NCBI RefSeq assembly: GCF_963921235.1
Contig: NC_086108.1
Location: forward strand, 77,936,001-78,000,000
Direction: 5' to 3'
Length of the DNA: 64,000 nucleotides
Source: Mobula hypostoma
Lineage: Eukaryota
The position numbers and the translations under genes are program-made. A model generated the notes under the pieces. That model was not told the origin of the DNA. It did not search any database and saw only the letters and a program-made list of their open reading frames with translations. Each line of letters begins with the position of its first letter. The first letter of the stretch is position 1. Shown one piece after another: positions 12,384 to 24,189 of the stretch.

Positions 12384-13787
12384 ATGGAGACTGGAAGGAG
12401 TGGAAGACCGGAGGACTGGAAGATTGCAAATGTCACTCTGCTATTTAAGAAGGGGGCAAGGAAGCAAAAAGGAAATTATAGACCTGTTAGCTTGACGTCG
12501 GTGGTTGGGAAGTTGTTGGAGTCGATTGTCAAGGATGAGGTTACAGAGTACCTGGAGGCATATGACAAGATAGGCAGAACTCAGCATGGATTCCTTAAAG
12601 GAAAATCCTGCCTGACAAACCTATTACAATTTTTTGAGGAAATTACCAGTAGGCTAGACAAGGGAGATGCAGTGGATGTTGTATATTTGGATTTTCAGAA
12701 GGCCTTTGACAAGGTGCCACACATGAGGCTGCTTAACAAGATAAGAGCCCATGGAATTACAGGAAAGTTACATACGTGGATAGAGCGTTGGCTGATTGGC
12801 AGGAAACAGAGAGTGGGAATAAAGGGATCCTATTCTGGTTGGCTGCCGGTTACCAGTGGTGTTCCACAGGGATCAGTGTTGGGGCCGCTTCTTTTTACAT
12901 TGTACATCAACGATTTGGATTATGGAATAGAGGGCTTTGTGGCTAAGTTTGCTGACGATACGAAGATAGGTGGAGGGGCCAGTAGTGCTGAGGAAACGGA
13001 GAGTCTGCAGAGAGACTTGGATAGATTGGAAGAATGGGCAGAGAATTGGCAAATGAAGTACAATGTTGGAAAGTGTATGGTTATGCACTTTGGCAGAAAA
13101 AATAAACGGGCAGACTATTATTTAAATGGGGAAAGAATTCAAAGTTCTGAGATGCAACGGGACTTGGGAGTCCTCGTACAGGATTCCCTTAAAGTTAACC
13201 TCCAGGTTGAGTCGGTAGTGAAGAAGGCGAATGCAATGTTGGCATTCATTTCTAGAGAAATAGAGTATAGGAGCAGGGATGTGATGTTGAGGCTCTATAA
13301 GGCGCTGGTGAGACCCCACTTGGAGTACTGTGGGCAGTTTTGGTCTCCTTATTTAAGAAAGGATGTGCTGACATTGGAGAGGGTACAGAGAAGATTCACT
13401 AGAATGATTCCGGGAATGAGAGGGTTAACATATGAGGAACGTTTGTCCGCTCTTGGACTGTATTCCTTGGAGTTTAGAAGAATGAGGGGAGACCTCATAG
13501 AAACATTTCGAATGTTAAAAGGCATGGACAGAGTGGATGTGGCAAAGTTGTTTCCCATGATGGGGGAGTCTAGTACGAGAGGGCATGACTTCAGGATTGA
13601 AGGGCGCCCTTTCAGAACAGAAATGCGAAAAAATTTTTTTAGTCAGAGGGTGGTGAATCTATGGAATTTGCTGCCACGGACAGCAGTGGAGGCCAAGTCA
13701 TTGGGTGTCTTTAAGGCAGAGATTGATAGGTATCTGAGTAGCCAGGGCATCAAAGGTTATGGTGAGAAGGCAGGGCAGTGGGACTAA
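12384..13787 (+). CDS. CR1 ORF2 reverse transcriptase plus C-terminal region (5'-truncated, open; the ATG comes from the TSD)
   Basis: 467 aa with [48 protein letters not shown]. Confidence 0.85.
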   Translation: METGRSGRPEDWKIANVTLLFKKGARKQKGNYRPVSLTSVVGKLLESIVKDEVTEYLEAYDKIGRTQHGFLKGKSCLTNLLQFFEEITSRLDKGDAVDVVYLDFQKAFDKVPHMRLLNKIRAHGITGKLHTWIERWLIGRKQRVGIKGSYSGWLPVTSGVPQGSVLGPLLFTLYINDLDYGIEGFVAKFADDTKIGGGASSAEETESLQRDLDRLEEWAENWQMKYNVGKCMVMHFGRKNKRADYYLNGERIQSSEMQRDLGVLVQDSLKVNLQVESVVKKANAMLAFISREIEYRSRDVMLRLYKALVRPHLEYCGQFWSPYLRKDVLTLERVQRRFTRMIPGMRGLTYEERLSALGLYSLEFRRMRGDLIETFRMLKGMDRVDVAKLFPMMGESSTRGHDFRIEGRPFRTEMRKNFFSQRVVNLWNLLPRTAVEAKSLGVFKAEIDRYLSSQGIKGYGEKAGQWD

Positions 13788-13885
13788 ATAGGATAAAATG
13801 AATCAGCTCATGATAAAATGGCGGAGCAGACTCGATGGGCCAAATGGCCTACTTCTGCTCCTTTGTCTTATGGTCTTATGGTCTT
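12388..13885 (+). mobile_element. Young 5'-truncated CR1 LINE
   Basis: 7-bp TSD ataatgg at 12381-12387 and 13886-13892; (tcttatgg)n tail; uninterrupted ORF. Confidence 0.93.
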
Positions 13886-15313
13886 ATAATGGTTGATTTA
13901 TTATCCCTCTCAATGCCATTCTCCTGCCTTCTCTCCATAACCTTTGATGTCCTTACTAATCAAGAGCCTATCAACCTCTGCTTTAAATATACCAAATGAC
14001 TTGACCCGCACAGCTGTCTGTGGTAATGAATTCCACAGATTCACCACCCTCTGGCTAAAGAAATTTCTCTTCATCTCTGTTCAAATGGGATGTGCTCATA
14101 TTCTGAGACAGTATCCTTTATTACTAGACATACCCCTATAGGAAACATCCTCTCCATATGTACTCTATCTAGGCCTTTCAATATTCAATATTCAATCTCT
14201 TTCAATGAGATCCCCTCTCATTCTTTTAAACTCCAGTGAGTATAGACCCAGAGCTATCAAATGCTGCTAATATAAACCATTTCAATCCTGGAATCATTCT
14301 TGTGAACCTCCTCAGCAATCTCTCTAAAGTCAGCGCATCCTTTTTCTGGGTAAGGGGCCCAAAATTGCTCACAATACTCCATGTGTGACCTGACCAATGC
14401 CTTATAATGCTTCAACATTATGTCCTTGATTTTGTATCCTAGTCCTCTCCAAATAAATACCAGGGACACCCAGCTCATGTGACAAGGTATTCAAACCATA
14501 ACCAATTACAAGTCCTGCACGTCAATGATTGCATCGCCTCCACTCCCTTCTTTATAGGCTGAATGCTTACAATGCATGATTTGACCAAAGTTCAAATTAA
14601 ATTTATTAACAAAGTACATGTATGTCACCATATACAATCTTGAGATTCATTTTAGTGTGGACACACTCTATTGTCATCATTGTGGCTATCCCTCGAGGTC
14701 AAGGATGATGGTCTTCGTTCTGAAGAAGTTGCCCACAGAGCGAAGACACCAGTGCGTGTATTTGTTTTTTTTTAATTTTATTTTTATTTGGATAAGGAAT
14801 TCACAATTATCATGTACTTTTTTCACACATATAACCTTTTCCATTTTTTTATATGTATAAAACTACAATTATTTATACATTCTTAAGTACACATTGAGAT
14901 GATATAAAAGGAAAATAAACATTTAAATAGATAATTATGTACTGTGGTAAATCTAACCTATTAGGCTAAGTAATGAAATTAGTTGTTAAGAAAAATGGTA
15001 ATAATAGTTTCCATACAACCCTTCTGGACCATTTCCACTGGTCCAAAATGTTGCATACAAGCCTATATACCAACCATTGTAGGTGTTTATATCCCAATTT
15101 GTTCGTGCTTGTTCCTGCCCGCAGACATAATTATCGAATCCCTATGTACTTATTTACTTAATTTTTTCATTTTTTTTATCCCTTTCCCAAATCTTTCCCT
15201 TTACTTGTGTTAATTCTCTATTTTCCAAAAAAAAACAAACATTTAGACTAGGGGTGCTTACATTAGCAATATTACTGTGTTGATGAGAAGAGCAATATAA
15301 ATCATTAGGAGAG

Positions 15314-18300
15314 TCATCTAAAGTCTGCTCGCATTGGGGTTATATATTCAATCCATTTATTCCAGATTTGATAAAATGTTTCTTTTTGAGTTCTCAGGGA
15401 GTAAGTCAACTTTTCCATTTTAAATATTTCCAAGATAATTTCGTACCAATCTTCTAATGTAGGTGGTATTGGATTTAGCCATTTTCTAGTGATTGATTTC
15501 TTACTTGCCGCTAAGAGGGCCTGCAGCAACTTTATATCTTCCTTCTGTTCAAGGAACAATACATGCCCCAAATAGAGCGTCTCAAAGTTCAGAGGTATCT
15601 GGGACCTAAGTACCTTAACTAATGTTCTATGAATACCTTCCCAAAATAGACTTAATTTAGGGCAATCCCAGAAAATATGAAAATGATTTGCCTCCTTGGA
15701 GCCGCACCTTCTCCAACACATCACATTTGTATCTTTATATTTTTCCTGATATGGGGTCTTGAAGTATCTTATAATGTTTTTCCAACAATGTTCTCTCCAA
15801 GTCAAAGAATTAGTCGAGGACCATTGAAAGCTGCAGATTTTCCCCCAAGCCTCCTCTGAAAGTACCAACCCCGCTTCTTTCTCCCACTTCTCTTTAATAT
15901 ACAGTGTATTTACATTTTTAGCATGGGAGAGTGCATTATATAGGCGAGAAACTGATTTACTAGGTATTGAACTGCAAGCCGAATTCAGAATCTTGAAAAA
16001 TTCTAATTCTACTGTTGATAGGTCTGTATATCTACAACTCTGGTTAACATAGTTTCGTATTTGAAGGTACCTAAAAAAGTCATTATGTTCTAGGCCATGT
16101 TTGTCCTGCAGGATTTGGAAACTTTGTAATACTCTTTTATCTATAAATGAGAGGTAGGTTGTAAGACCTTTCTTTATCCATAGCTCAAATCTTTTATCTC
16201 CTCTGTTGGGAAGGAATTCGGTATCATATGCACACCATCTAAAGAGTTTTAACATGTTATTAATTCCACATGAATTAACCACCTTCTGCCATACTTTTAA
16301 TGTAAGATTTATCCAAGCATTATTAAATTTTTCCAACTGGGCCATCAATCCTTTGTCAGCTATTGAGGCCTGAAGAGGAAAACTGTCAACTAATCCAAAT
16401 TCTATTTCCTTCCATCTAGCCATATATTCCCTATTACACCAATATAACAGAGGGGTTATCTGTGAGGCATAAAAATAATTTCTCAGGCAAGGAAGAACCA
16501 TACCTCCTCCTTCCTTCCCTAACTGTAAGGTGTTATATCGAATTCTAGGTTTCCTTCCTTGCCAAATGAAGCGGGAAATCCATTTGTCCCATTCCCTGAA
16601 TTGATTATCATCCACCTCCACTGGTAAAGTACGAAAAAGATATAATAACCGAGGAAGAATATTCATTTTTATAGTATTTATCCTTGAATTTAAACTTAAA
16701 AAGGGGATAAGATTCCATCTATGCATATCTGCTTTTATCTCTGAGATTAATGGCCCATAATTTACCTGTGACAGTGTTGAAAGATCCTTCGGCAGGGTTA
16801 TTCCTAAATATTTTAATGATTTAGCTTCCCACTTAAGATCGTATGTATCCTGCAATTTTTTGGATGGTGTATAATTTAGGGACATACCCTGCATTTTCTT
16901 TACATTTATTTTATAACCTGATATTTTCCCAAAGTCATCCAACAGTGTAAACAATCCTATAAATGATTTTTCTGGTTCACTCAGATAGACCAAAACATCG
17001 TCTGCGAATAACGCCCCTTTCTGTTCAATCCCTGCCACCTTGATACCTTTTACGATTTCGCTCTGTCTTATTAGTTGGGCAAGTGGTTCAATATATAGCG
17101 CAAAAAGGAGAGGAGAAATTGGGCATCCCTGTCTAGTGCCTCTCTCTAAAATGAAAGAGTCAGAGAGGTCCCCATTTATCTTAATTCGGGCTGTAGGGCT
17201 GTCATATAGAGTCTGAATTACTTTAATAAACCTTTCTTGAAAGCCGAATCTTCCTAACACTCTGAATAGGAATGCCCAACTAACCGAATCAAAAGCTTTC
17301 TCAGCGTCCAATCCTACTACCATTGTCTCTGTCTCGTTCTTATTAACCTGTTCTAATATGTGCAGAGTTTTCCCTTCGTTGTCCTGTGTTTGTCTTTGTT
17401 GAATAAATCCAGTCTGGTCTAAATGGATTAGGCCAGGTAAAAGCTTTTCCAATCTGCGCGCTAATATAGATGTAAATAGTTTGTAATCTAAATTAAGAAC
17501 ACTAATTGGCCGATAATTGCCACATTCTAGTTTATCTTTACCCTCTTTAGGAATAACTGAAATAATCGCTTCTCTCCAGGAAGGTGGAGTTTCTCCTCTC
17601 TGCAAGATCCAATTAAAGGTGTTAAGTAGTAATGGGGCTAAATGTGTCTTCAGGGACTTGTACCACTCTGAGGTAAACCCATCAGAACCCGGGGATTTTC
17701 CAGCCTTTAACCTAGAGATGGCCACGTTCAGTTCTTTGACAGTTACTGGTTCTAATAAACTTTCATTTTGTAAATCTGTAAGTTTAGGTGGATCTAAAAA
17801 ATTCAATACACTGTCTATATAGGGCTCATTGGGGGCCCGGGGTTGGGAGTACAGCTCTCGATAATATGTTTCAAAACTCTCTTGAATTTTCCCTATTGTA
17901 CTCTCCACAAGCTTTGTCTTTGGATTCTTTATTTTATGAATTGTATTGTCTGCTTGTTGTTTTCGTAATTTATATGCTAATAATCTAGCTGATTTACCTC
18001 CTACTTCATAATTCTTTTGTCTCAGGTAAAGAAAATTTCTTTGCGTTTCCAACGTATAAATATCATCAATTTCACTTTGCAATTTCCTAATTTCCTGTTT
18101 TCGATTTGAATTACTTTTGTTGCTATCTACAACTTGAAGTTGTTTTAATTTTCCTTGAAGGTCTGCTAATTTTTGTGCATTGATTTTTTTCATGTGAGTA
18201 GTAATGGAAATAATTTTCCCTCTCAGTACAGCTTTCAATGTATCCCATAAAATCACTGGTGATGTTTCTCCCGTGTCATTAAGGTCTAGATATTCTTTGA

Positions 18301-19101
18301 TTTCTCCCCTTAATCTCTCCATTACTTTCGGGTTATTGAGTATATGTGAGTTTAGCCTCCATAGTGTTTTCCTCATTTTCCTTTCCAGGATTAGAGACAT
18401 AGAGACTGGGCTATGATCCGACAGATCAATTGTTGCAATATTACAGTTTTTTATCCTGAGTCTATCTGTATTAAAGATAAAGAAATAGTCTATCCTTGAA
18501 TAGGCTGAATGAGGGAAAGAGTAATATGTATAATCTTTACTAGTAGGGTGTAATTCCCTCCAGACATCTATAATTCCCAACTCCTCCATCAATGAATTCA
18601 CTTTCCGAGTCAGAGGTTTATTCTGAGTAACTATTCTTGAAGAATCTAATATAGGATTTAATCTAATATTAAAATCCCCTCCACAAATTACTACCCCTCG
18701 AGAACTGACCATTAGGTCAAAAATGTGTCTATAAAATGACCATTCACTACCTGGAGGAGCATAAACATTCAGCAATGTTATTTCTGTACCTTCTATTCTT
18801 CCTGTGATTTTTACAAACCGTCCTTCTTTGTCTCTAGTCTCTGAAATATGTTCATAATTAAGAGTACTTGATATTAAAGTAGCTACCCTCTTTTGTGACT
18901 CAATTTATATGATGAATAAAATACATGCTTAAAGCCCATTCTTTTTAATTTTCCATGTTCAGATTGGCTCATATGTGTTTCCTGGAGGAAAGCTATTTGT
19001 GCCCTCTCTTTTTTCAATTTAGACATAATCTTATTTCTTTTAATTGGATTCAAAACCCCATTAACATTATAGGAAATTATTTTTACCAATTCAGTTTGCA
19101 T
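15314..19101 (-). pseudogene. L1 ORF2p (APE endonuclease, RT, CCHC) with one 1-bp frameshift
   Basis: ORF 18883-19101 (ISYNVNG...FLQETH) joins the frame of ORF 15314-18775 (GDFN, SRIDY, SDH, QGCPISP, FADD, CWRRC...H...C) across a 1-nt loss in a G run at ~18886. Confidence 0.93.
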
Positions 19102-19499
19102 TTTTCTCTAGTAGAAAAAAAGCACTCTCCTTTTCTAACCAAACAGTAAGCAATCCCTTCTCAACAGTAAACCAAGACATATAACCACACCCTAGACATT
19201 TCTGAACGTATAACATTTGAAAATTTTTCCCGACTTCCCACAGTGAGGCCTGAGCACCGACCCGCCTCAGTTCAGAGGGATAACCTCTATCTTCACCCTG
19301 TGTTAGAGGGCCCTCAGCAGTTTGAATAATCATAGAGAATTTTCTCCTATTTATGTCTCAACCAAATTACTATCATTCAAGTTATTCCGCCTAGTTTATT
19401 TTCAGTTACCAGTTTTCATTTTACTTTTAAGTCCGATTTACTCTTTTCAGTCATTTCTCTTAATTAATCTGTATTCTCTGTACATTTGCGTCTGAATAT

Positions 19500-20450
19500 T
19501 TACAGCTTTTCCTTGTAGTTTGACACTCTGGTTCGAGTGGAGCGTCCTCGCCCCACTAACTGCCACGACTTCTGCCGAATCCTCTCCAGTAGCGACTCCG
19601 GTTGGGTGATAGCTTTAATAGGTAGTCCCCGGTCCGCCAGGTCCAACGTTGCCTCCTCCACCATAGCGTAAGTTTTTGTCCCTTCGTCGTAAAAGACTCT
19701 CAGCCGAGCTGGATACAGGGTCTGGAATCTGATGTTGTTTTCCTTCAGGACTCTCCGTGTTTCCGTATATTCCTTCCGTCTGGCAAGGATCCCCGGTGCG
19801 TAATCGTGGTCTAAACTGATTTTGCAGTTGTTCCACATGAAACCTTTCTTTTGCCATGCTCTTTTAAGCACCTCTTCTTTCGTTCTGTAACTGAGAAATC
19901 TGATCAGAATCGATCTGGGCTGGACGCCTGCCGGAGGCTGTGGTGCCAACACGCGGTGAGCTCTTTCTATCTGTAGGTCTTTTGCGGCCGGTATATCAAG
20001 GTTCTCTCTAAGCAGCTTCTCCACGAAGGGAATCATCAATCCGGGTTTACCTTCGATTCCTTCGGGAACTCCGTAGATCCTCACATTTTCCCTTCTCGAG
20101 CAGCCTTCTTGATCTATTAGTTTCCACTGGAGCTGGTCTTGTAGCTTCAGCATTTCTGCTATCACTTCCTCAGCGTTTTGTAGCTTCTCTTCAATTCCAA
20201 CAATCCTCGCTTCGGCTTCATCTATCCGCGAGTTAGTTTTTACTATTTCTCCTTTAATATCTTCCAGCTGTTTGCTGTTATCTTGTCGGAACTCGCGAAT
20301 CTCTCCGAGAATCAAAGACAGAGTCACCGATTCCCCCTCATTATCTCCGTCCTGGCTTGCCGTGGGGGAGCTAGGCCCGTCGCCTTGCTGCATCTCTTTA
20401 TGTTTATCAGCCTTCGAAGCGGACTTTTTATTCTTGTTCTTAGACATCAT
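19500..20450 (-). CDS. L1 ORF1p (coiled coil plus RRM/CTD)
   Basis: 316 aa with coiled-coil heptads, SRRENVRIYGVPEG, IERAHR, PRSILIRF, LYPARLRV; the stop at 19500 may be a mutated codon because the frame continues about 11 codons. Confidence 0.9.
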   Translation of the reverse strand: MMSKNKNKKSASKADKHKEMQQGDGPSSPTASQDGDNEGESVTLSLILGEIREFRQDNSKQLEDIKGEIVKTNSRIDEAEARIVGIEEKLQNAEEVIAEMLKLQDQLQWKLIDQEGCSRRENVRIYGVPEGIEGKPGLMIPFVEKLLRENLDIPAAKDLQIERAHRVLAPQPPAGVQPRSILIRFLSYRTKEEVLKRAWQKKGFMWNNCKISLDHDYAPGILARRKEYTETRRVLKENNIRFQTLYPARLRVFYDEGTKTYAMVEEATLDLADRGLPIKAITQPESLLERIRQKSWQLVGRGRSTRTRVSNYKEKL

Positions 20451-22344
20451 CCTTGGCCCTTTTATTAATATAGTTATGCAATATTAAGTATTTGTCTAAA
20501 TTCGATTTTGGGGCAGTTTACCTTCTTTTTTGTCGAGAGACCTTTTCCTTACGCCGCCATTCCCTTGATGACCTGGAAGTCCCCCCGCGTGTATTTGTTT
20601 AACGTGTACTTGATGTTGCACTCCAAGAAGCACACGATACTTCACATATCAACCAACTGATTCCAATGGCATGGAAACCACGACGATTGGAGCTGATGGA
20701 TTTGTTGCAGCCTTCATCCGCCTTCACAGCCATTGAGTTCGAAATAACTTTGTCCGCCTGTTCCACCGTTGAGGTCTTGGCTGGATTGTTCTTTGTCAGG
20801 GACCTCATCCTCGACTTTACCGCCATGGGTGACCCTACTAGGAGCATAGCTCCAGACGGCATCGCTCTCGGGATCTCAGGACCACACAAGCTTCTCCACC
20901 GCGACAAGGTGACAATCCACAGAGAAGACATACTCAATAAATCTACAGAAAAATAACCATAACAGAATCAATGAAAGACCACCCAACTAAGGTGTTCAAC
21001 CAGAGTGCAAAAGGCAACAAACTGTGCAAATACGAAGAGAGGTAACAGTAATTAATAAATAAACAATGAATATCAAGAACATGAGATGAAAAGTCCTTGA
21101 AAATGAGTCCATTAGTTTGGGATTATTTCAAAGATGAGGCAACTGAAGTTGAGTGAAGTTATTCCCTTTGATTCAAGAGCCTGATGGCTGATGGGTAATA
21201 ACTGTTCCTGAACCTGGTGATGTGAATCCTGAGGCCCTTGTACCTTCCTCCTGATGGCTGCAACAAGAAGACAGCATACCTTAGGTAGTGGGTGACCCAC
21301 TGATGACGGGTGCTGCTTTCCTGTGACGGTGTTTCATGTAAATGTGCTAAATGGTTGGGAGGGCTCTACTGTGGTGGACTGGGCCATATTCATTTCTATT
21401 TTGTAGGATTTTTCACTCAAGGGCATTGGTGTTTCTATACTAGGCTGTGAATTAGCCAGTCAATATACTCTCCACTACACATTTATAGAAGATTGTCAAA
21501 GTTTTAGATGTCATGGCAAGTTTTCACAAACTCCAAAAGAAGTGGAGGCACTACCATGCTTTCTTCATAATTGCACTTAAGTGCTGGGCCCAGATCAGGT
21601 CCTCTGAATTATTGACACCTATGACTTTAAAATTGCTAACCCTTTCTACCTCTGATCCCCCAAAAAGGACTAGCTCATGGACCTCTGGTTCCTTTCTCCT
21701 TAAGTCCATAATCAGCTTCTTGGTCTTGCTGACATTTACTAAAAGGTTGTTCATATGACACCACTCAGCCAGATTTTATTCACCCTCCTATAGACTGACT
21801 CATCAGCAAACTTGAATATGGCATTGGAGCTGTGCTTAGCCTCACAGTCATTAATGTAAAGCGAGTGCTGATGGAGATCGTGGAGGAGATGTTTTGTTGC
21901 CAATCCAAACTGACTAGGGTCTGCAAGTGAGTAAATCCAGGGTTCAGTTGCACAGGGAGGTACTGAGGCCAAGGTCTGGGAGATTCTTGATTAGATTTGA
22001 GAGGATGATGGCATTGAATGCTAAGCTGTAGTCAATAAAGAACATCCTGATGGATGCATCTTTGCTGACCAGATATTCCAGGGTTGAGTGAAGAGCCAAT
22101 GAGATGGCATCTGCTGTGGACCTGTTGCTCCAGCAGGCAACTGGAGTGGATCTAAGTTGCTACTCAGGCAGGATTTGATATGTTTTATCAGCAACCTCTC
22201 GAACACTTCATCACTGTGGATGTAAGTGCTACTGGCCAATTGAATGAAGTGACATCAAGGAAAGCCCCCTCACTTCCTGAGGAATAGCCACCCTGTCTGG
22301 CCGCAGCTGAGGTGAGGAGGACCCTAGCACCTAGAAAATGATGC

Positions 22345-23280
22345 CTCGTATACCAGGATGTTGTTCGTCAACTTCAGCTCAGTGTTTAACATGATCATCC
22401 CTCAGAGGCTGGTGGGTAAACTGCCCTCGATGGGACTTATCACCCCTCTCCATAACTGGATCCAAGTTGGCAGCAACATCTCAAACTCCATCACAATGAG
22501 CACTGGTGCCCTCCAGGGTTGTGTGCTCAGTCTGCCACTGTTCACACTGCTGATTCGTACTGCACTGTCAGATCCAGCTCAAGCTGCATCACCAAGTTCG
22601 CTGATGATACCACAGTGGTTGGCCTCATCAGCAACAGTGATGAGTCGGGATACAGAGAGGAGGTAGAGCGGCTTGTCAAATGACGCAAGAACAACAACCC
22701 GGGTCTGATCGTGGACATTCAAAAGAGACGATTGTGGACTTCAGGAAGGCACAGGTTGACCACCCTCCTCTGCACATCAATGGCTCTTCCGTGGAGAGAA
22801 TGAAGAGCACTAAGTCCCTGAGTGTGCATGTAACGGGCGATGTAACCTGAACCTACAAAACCTCCTCCCTCATCAAGAAGTCAAAGCAGTGCCAATACCT
22901 TCTAAGGAGACTGAGTCGTGCAAGGCTCCCCATTCCCATTCCAACAACCTTTTACAGGAGCACTGTCAAGTGTGACTTGCCTGACTGCATCATTGTGTAG
23001 TATGGAAGCTGCAAGGCATGGGCAAGAAAGACTCTACACAGGACAGTAAAATCCACTGAGAGGAGCATCGGGGTCTCTGCTTCACCCCTATTTGTGACAT
23101 TTACCAGGAGCGCTGCAGACGAAGGGCCCAAAGTATTGCTGAGGATTCCTACCACCTGTCCCATAGTCTCTTTGACTCACTGCCATCAGGAAGGAGGTGC
23201 AGAAGCATCAGGACTAGCACTGCCAGATTGGGTAACAGCTTCTTCCCTCAGGCAGTGAGACTAATGAATACCCAGCCACC
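22345..23280 (+). mobile_element. Rex1/Babar-like LINE 3' half, decayed
   Basis: MLFVNFSSVFNMIIP...GALQGCVLS; KFADDTTVVGLI in a shifted frame. Confidence 0.75.
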
Positions 23281-23458
23281 ACCACCTCATCACTCGGACA
23301 GCGAGATTATCCATGCCAACTAAGTTGTCTAACTGACCCCGGTGGGTTGCTCTGTATCTATCACCTTCTGTGTGAAAAACCTCATCTCATCCCTTTTACA
23401 TCTTCCCTCTCTCACTTTAGATTTATGCCCTTTATTTTTAGACACACTACCTTGGTAT

Positions 23459-23880
23459 TGTTGCATGAATGAAGTCACCGGAAAAAAGTACTGGTAGATA
23501 CAAAGCAGCTTCTTTATTCGACAAAACAAGGTACAGCAGGCATCATATGAGACTCTTTCAGTCAAAAGGTCTGCTGGCCCAAAATGGGGCTCGATATTTT
23601 ATGTGCCAAACATCAAAGGACAACTCTATATTTACAATGAATTGGCAATGCTTTCTTTGAAACTACATACAATCTTCTCACCTCCTGAATCGCATCCACA
23701 TCACAGACATCCAAATGAATTTTAATCAGCGTCGTCTGGTCCGAGATTCACGGCTTTTAGGAACCTGTTGTTCAGAGCTGCACTCCAAATTAAATGCACA
23801 ATACATTTTCAGATATGAAGCATGGTAGCCAAAGTCAATTGCTAAATGTATTTGTCCTAAAACCAAAAATCGCTCTAACA
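23459..23880 (-). mobile_element. Putative solo LTR (~420 bp) inside a CR1 3' fragment
   Basis: TGTT...AACA termini; flanks gtat/gcat (4-bp TSD with one mismatch); minus-strand AATAAA at ~23513; CR1-like sequence resumes on both sides. Confidence 0.5.
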
Positions 23881-23977
23881 GCATAACAAAACCATGACCA
23901 TTCACCTTATCTATACCCCTTATGATTTTATATTCTTCTACAAGTTCATCCCTCAGCCTCCTGAAGAAAAAAGTCCC

Positions 23978-24149
23978 AAGAGCTAGTAAGAGATTACTAG
24001 CTCTTCCTTCAGTTAGTCCTGACAAAGGGTCTTGGCCCGAAACGTCGATTGTACCTCTTCCTAGAGATGCTGCCTGGCCTGCTGCGTTCACCAGCAACTT
24101 TGATGTGTGTTGCTTGAATTTCCATTATCTGCAGAATTCCTCGTGTTTA
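23978..24149 (+). mobile_element. Penelope-like pLTR fragment with hammerhead motif (G8 mutated) and a short 5' inversion
   Basis: ttagtcCTGACAAagggtcttggcccGAAACGTCgatt; 12-bp inverted repeat 23978-23989 / 23994-24005. Confidence 0.8.
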
Positions 24150-24189
24150 CCAATCTTTCCTCTATCCTTTCCTGCTTAATGACATCCTG

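Larger units (their letters stand above)
12320..14460 (-). mobile_element. Older CR1 3' end, interrupted in its 3' UTR by a plus-strand CR1
   Basis: 3' UTR pieces 12320-12387 and 13886 onward join across the insertion; ORF 14257-14478 has ALVRSHMEYCEQFWAP. Confidence 0.8.
14768..20586 (-). mobile_element. Full-length L1-clade LINE (~5.8 kb)
   Basis: 14-bp TSD gcgtgtatttgttt at 14754-14767 and 20587-20600; 5' end GGGGGGACTTCC...AATGGCGGCG; two ORFs; AATAAA and poly(A) at the 3' end. Confidence 0.97.
14672..20926 (-). mobile_element. Short non-autonomous RTE-related retroposon (~420 bp once the nested L1 is removed)
   Basis: Pieces 14672-14767 and 20587-20926; RTE-like 5' end motif and (TGA)-type tail on the minus strand; imperfect TSD gacacactctat (14660-14671) / gacatactcaat (20927-20938). 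Confidence 0.6.
14588..22236 (-). mobile_element. Rex1/Babar-like LINE remnant (3' tip 14588-14671, body ~20927-22236) hosting nested insertions
   Basis: Minus-strand remnants FERLLIKHIKSCL..LDPLQ, NAIFKFADE, NNLLVNVSKTKKLIMDLR; the sequence joins across the nested inserts. Confidence 0.7.
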
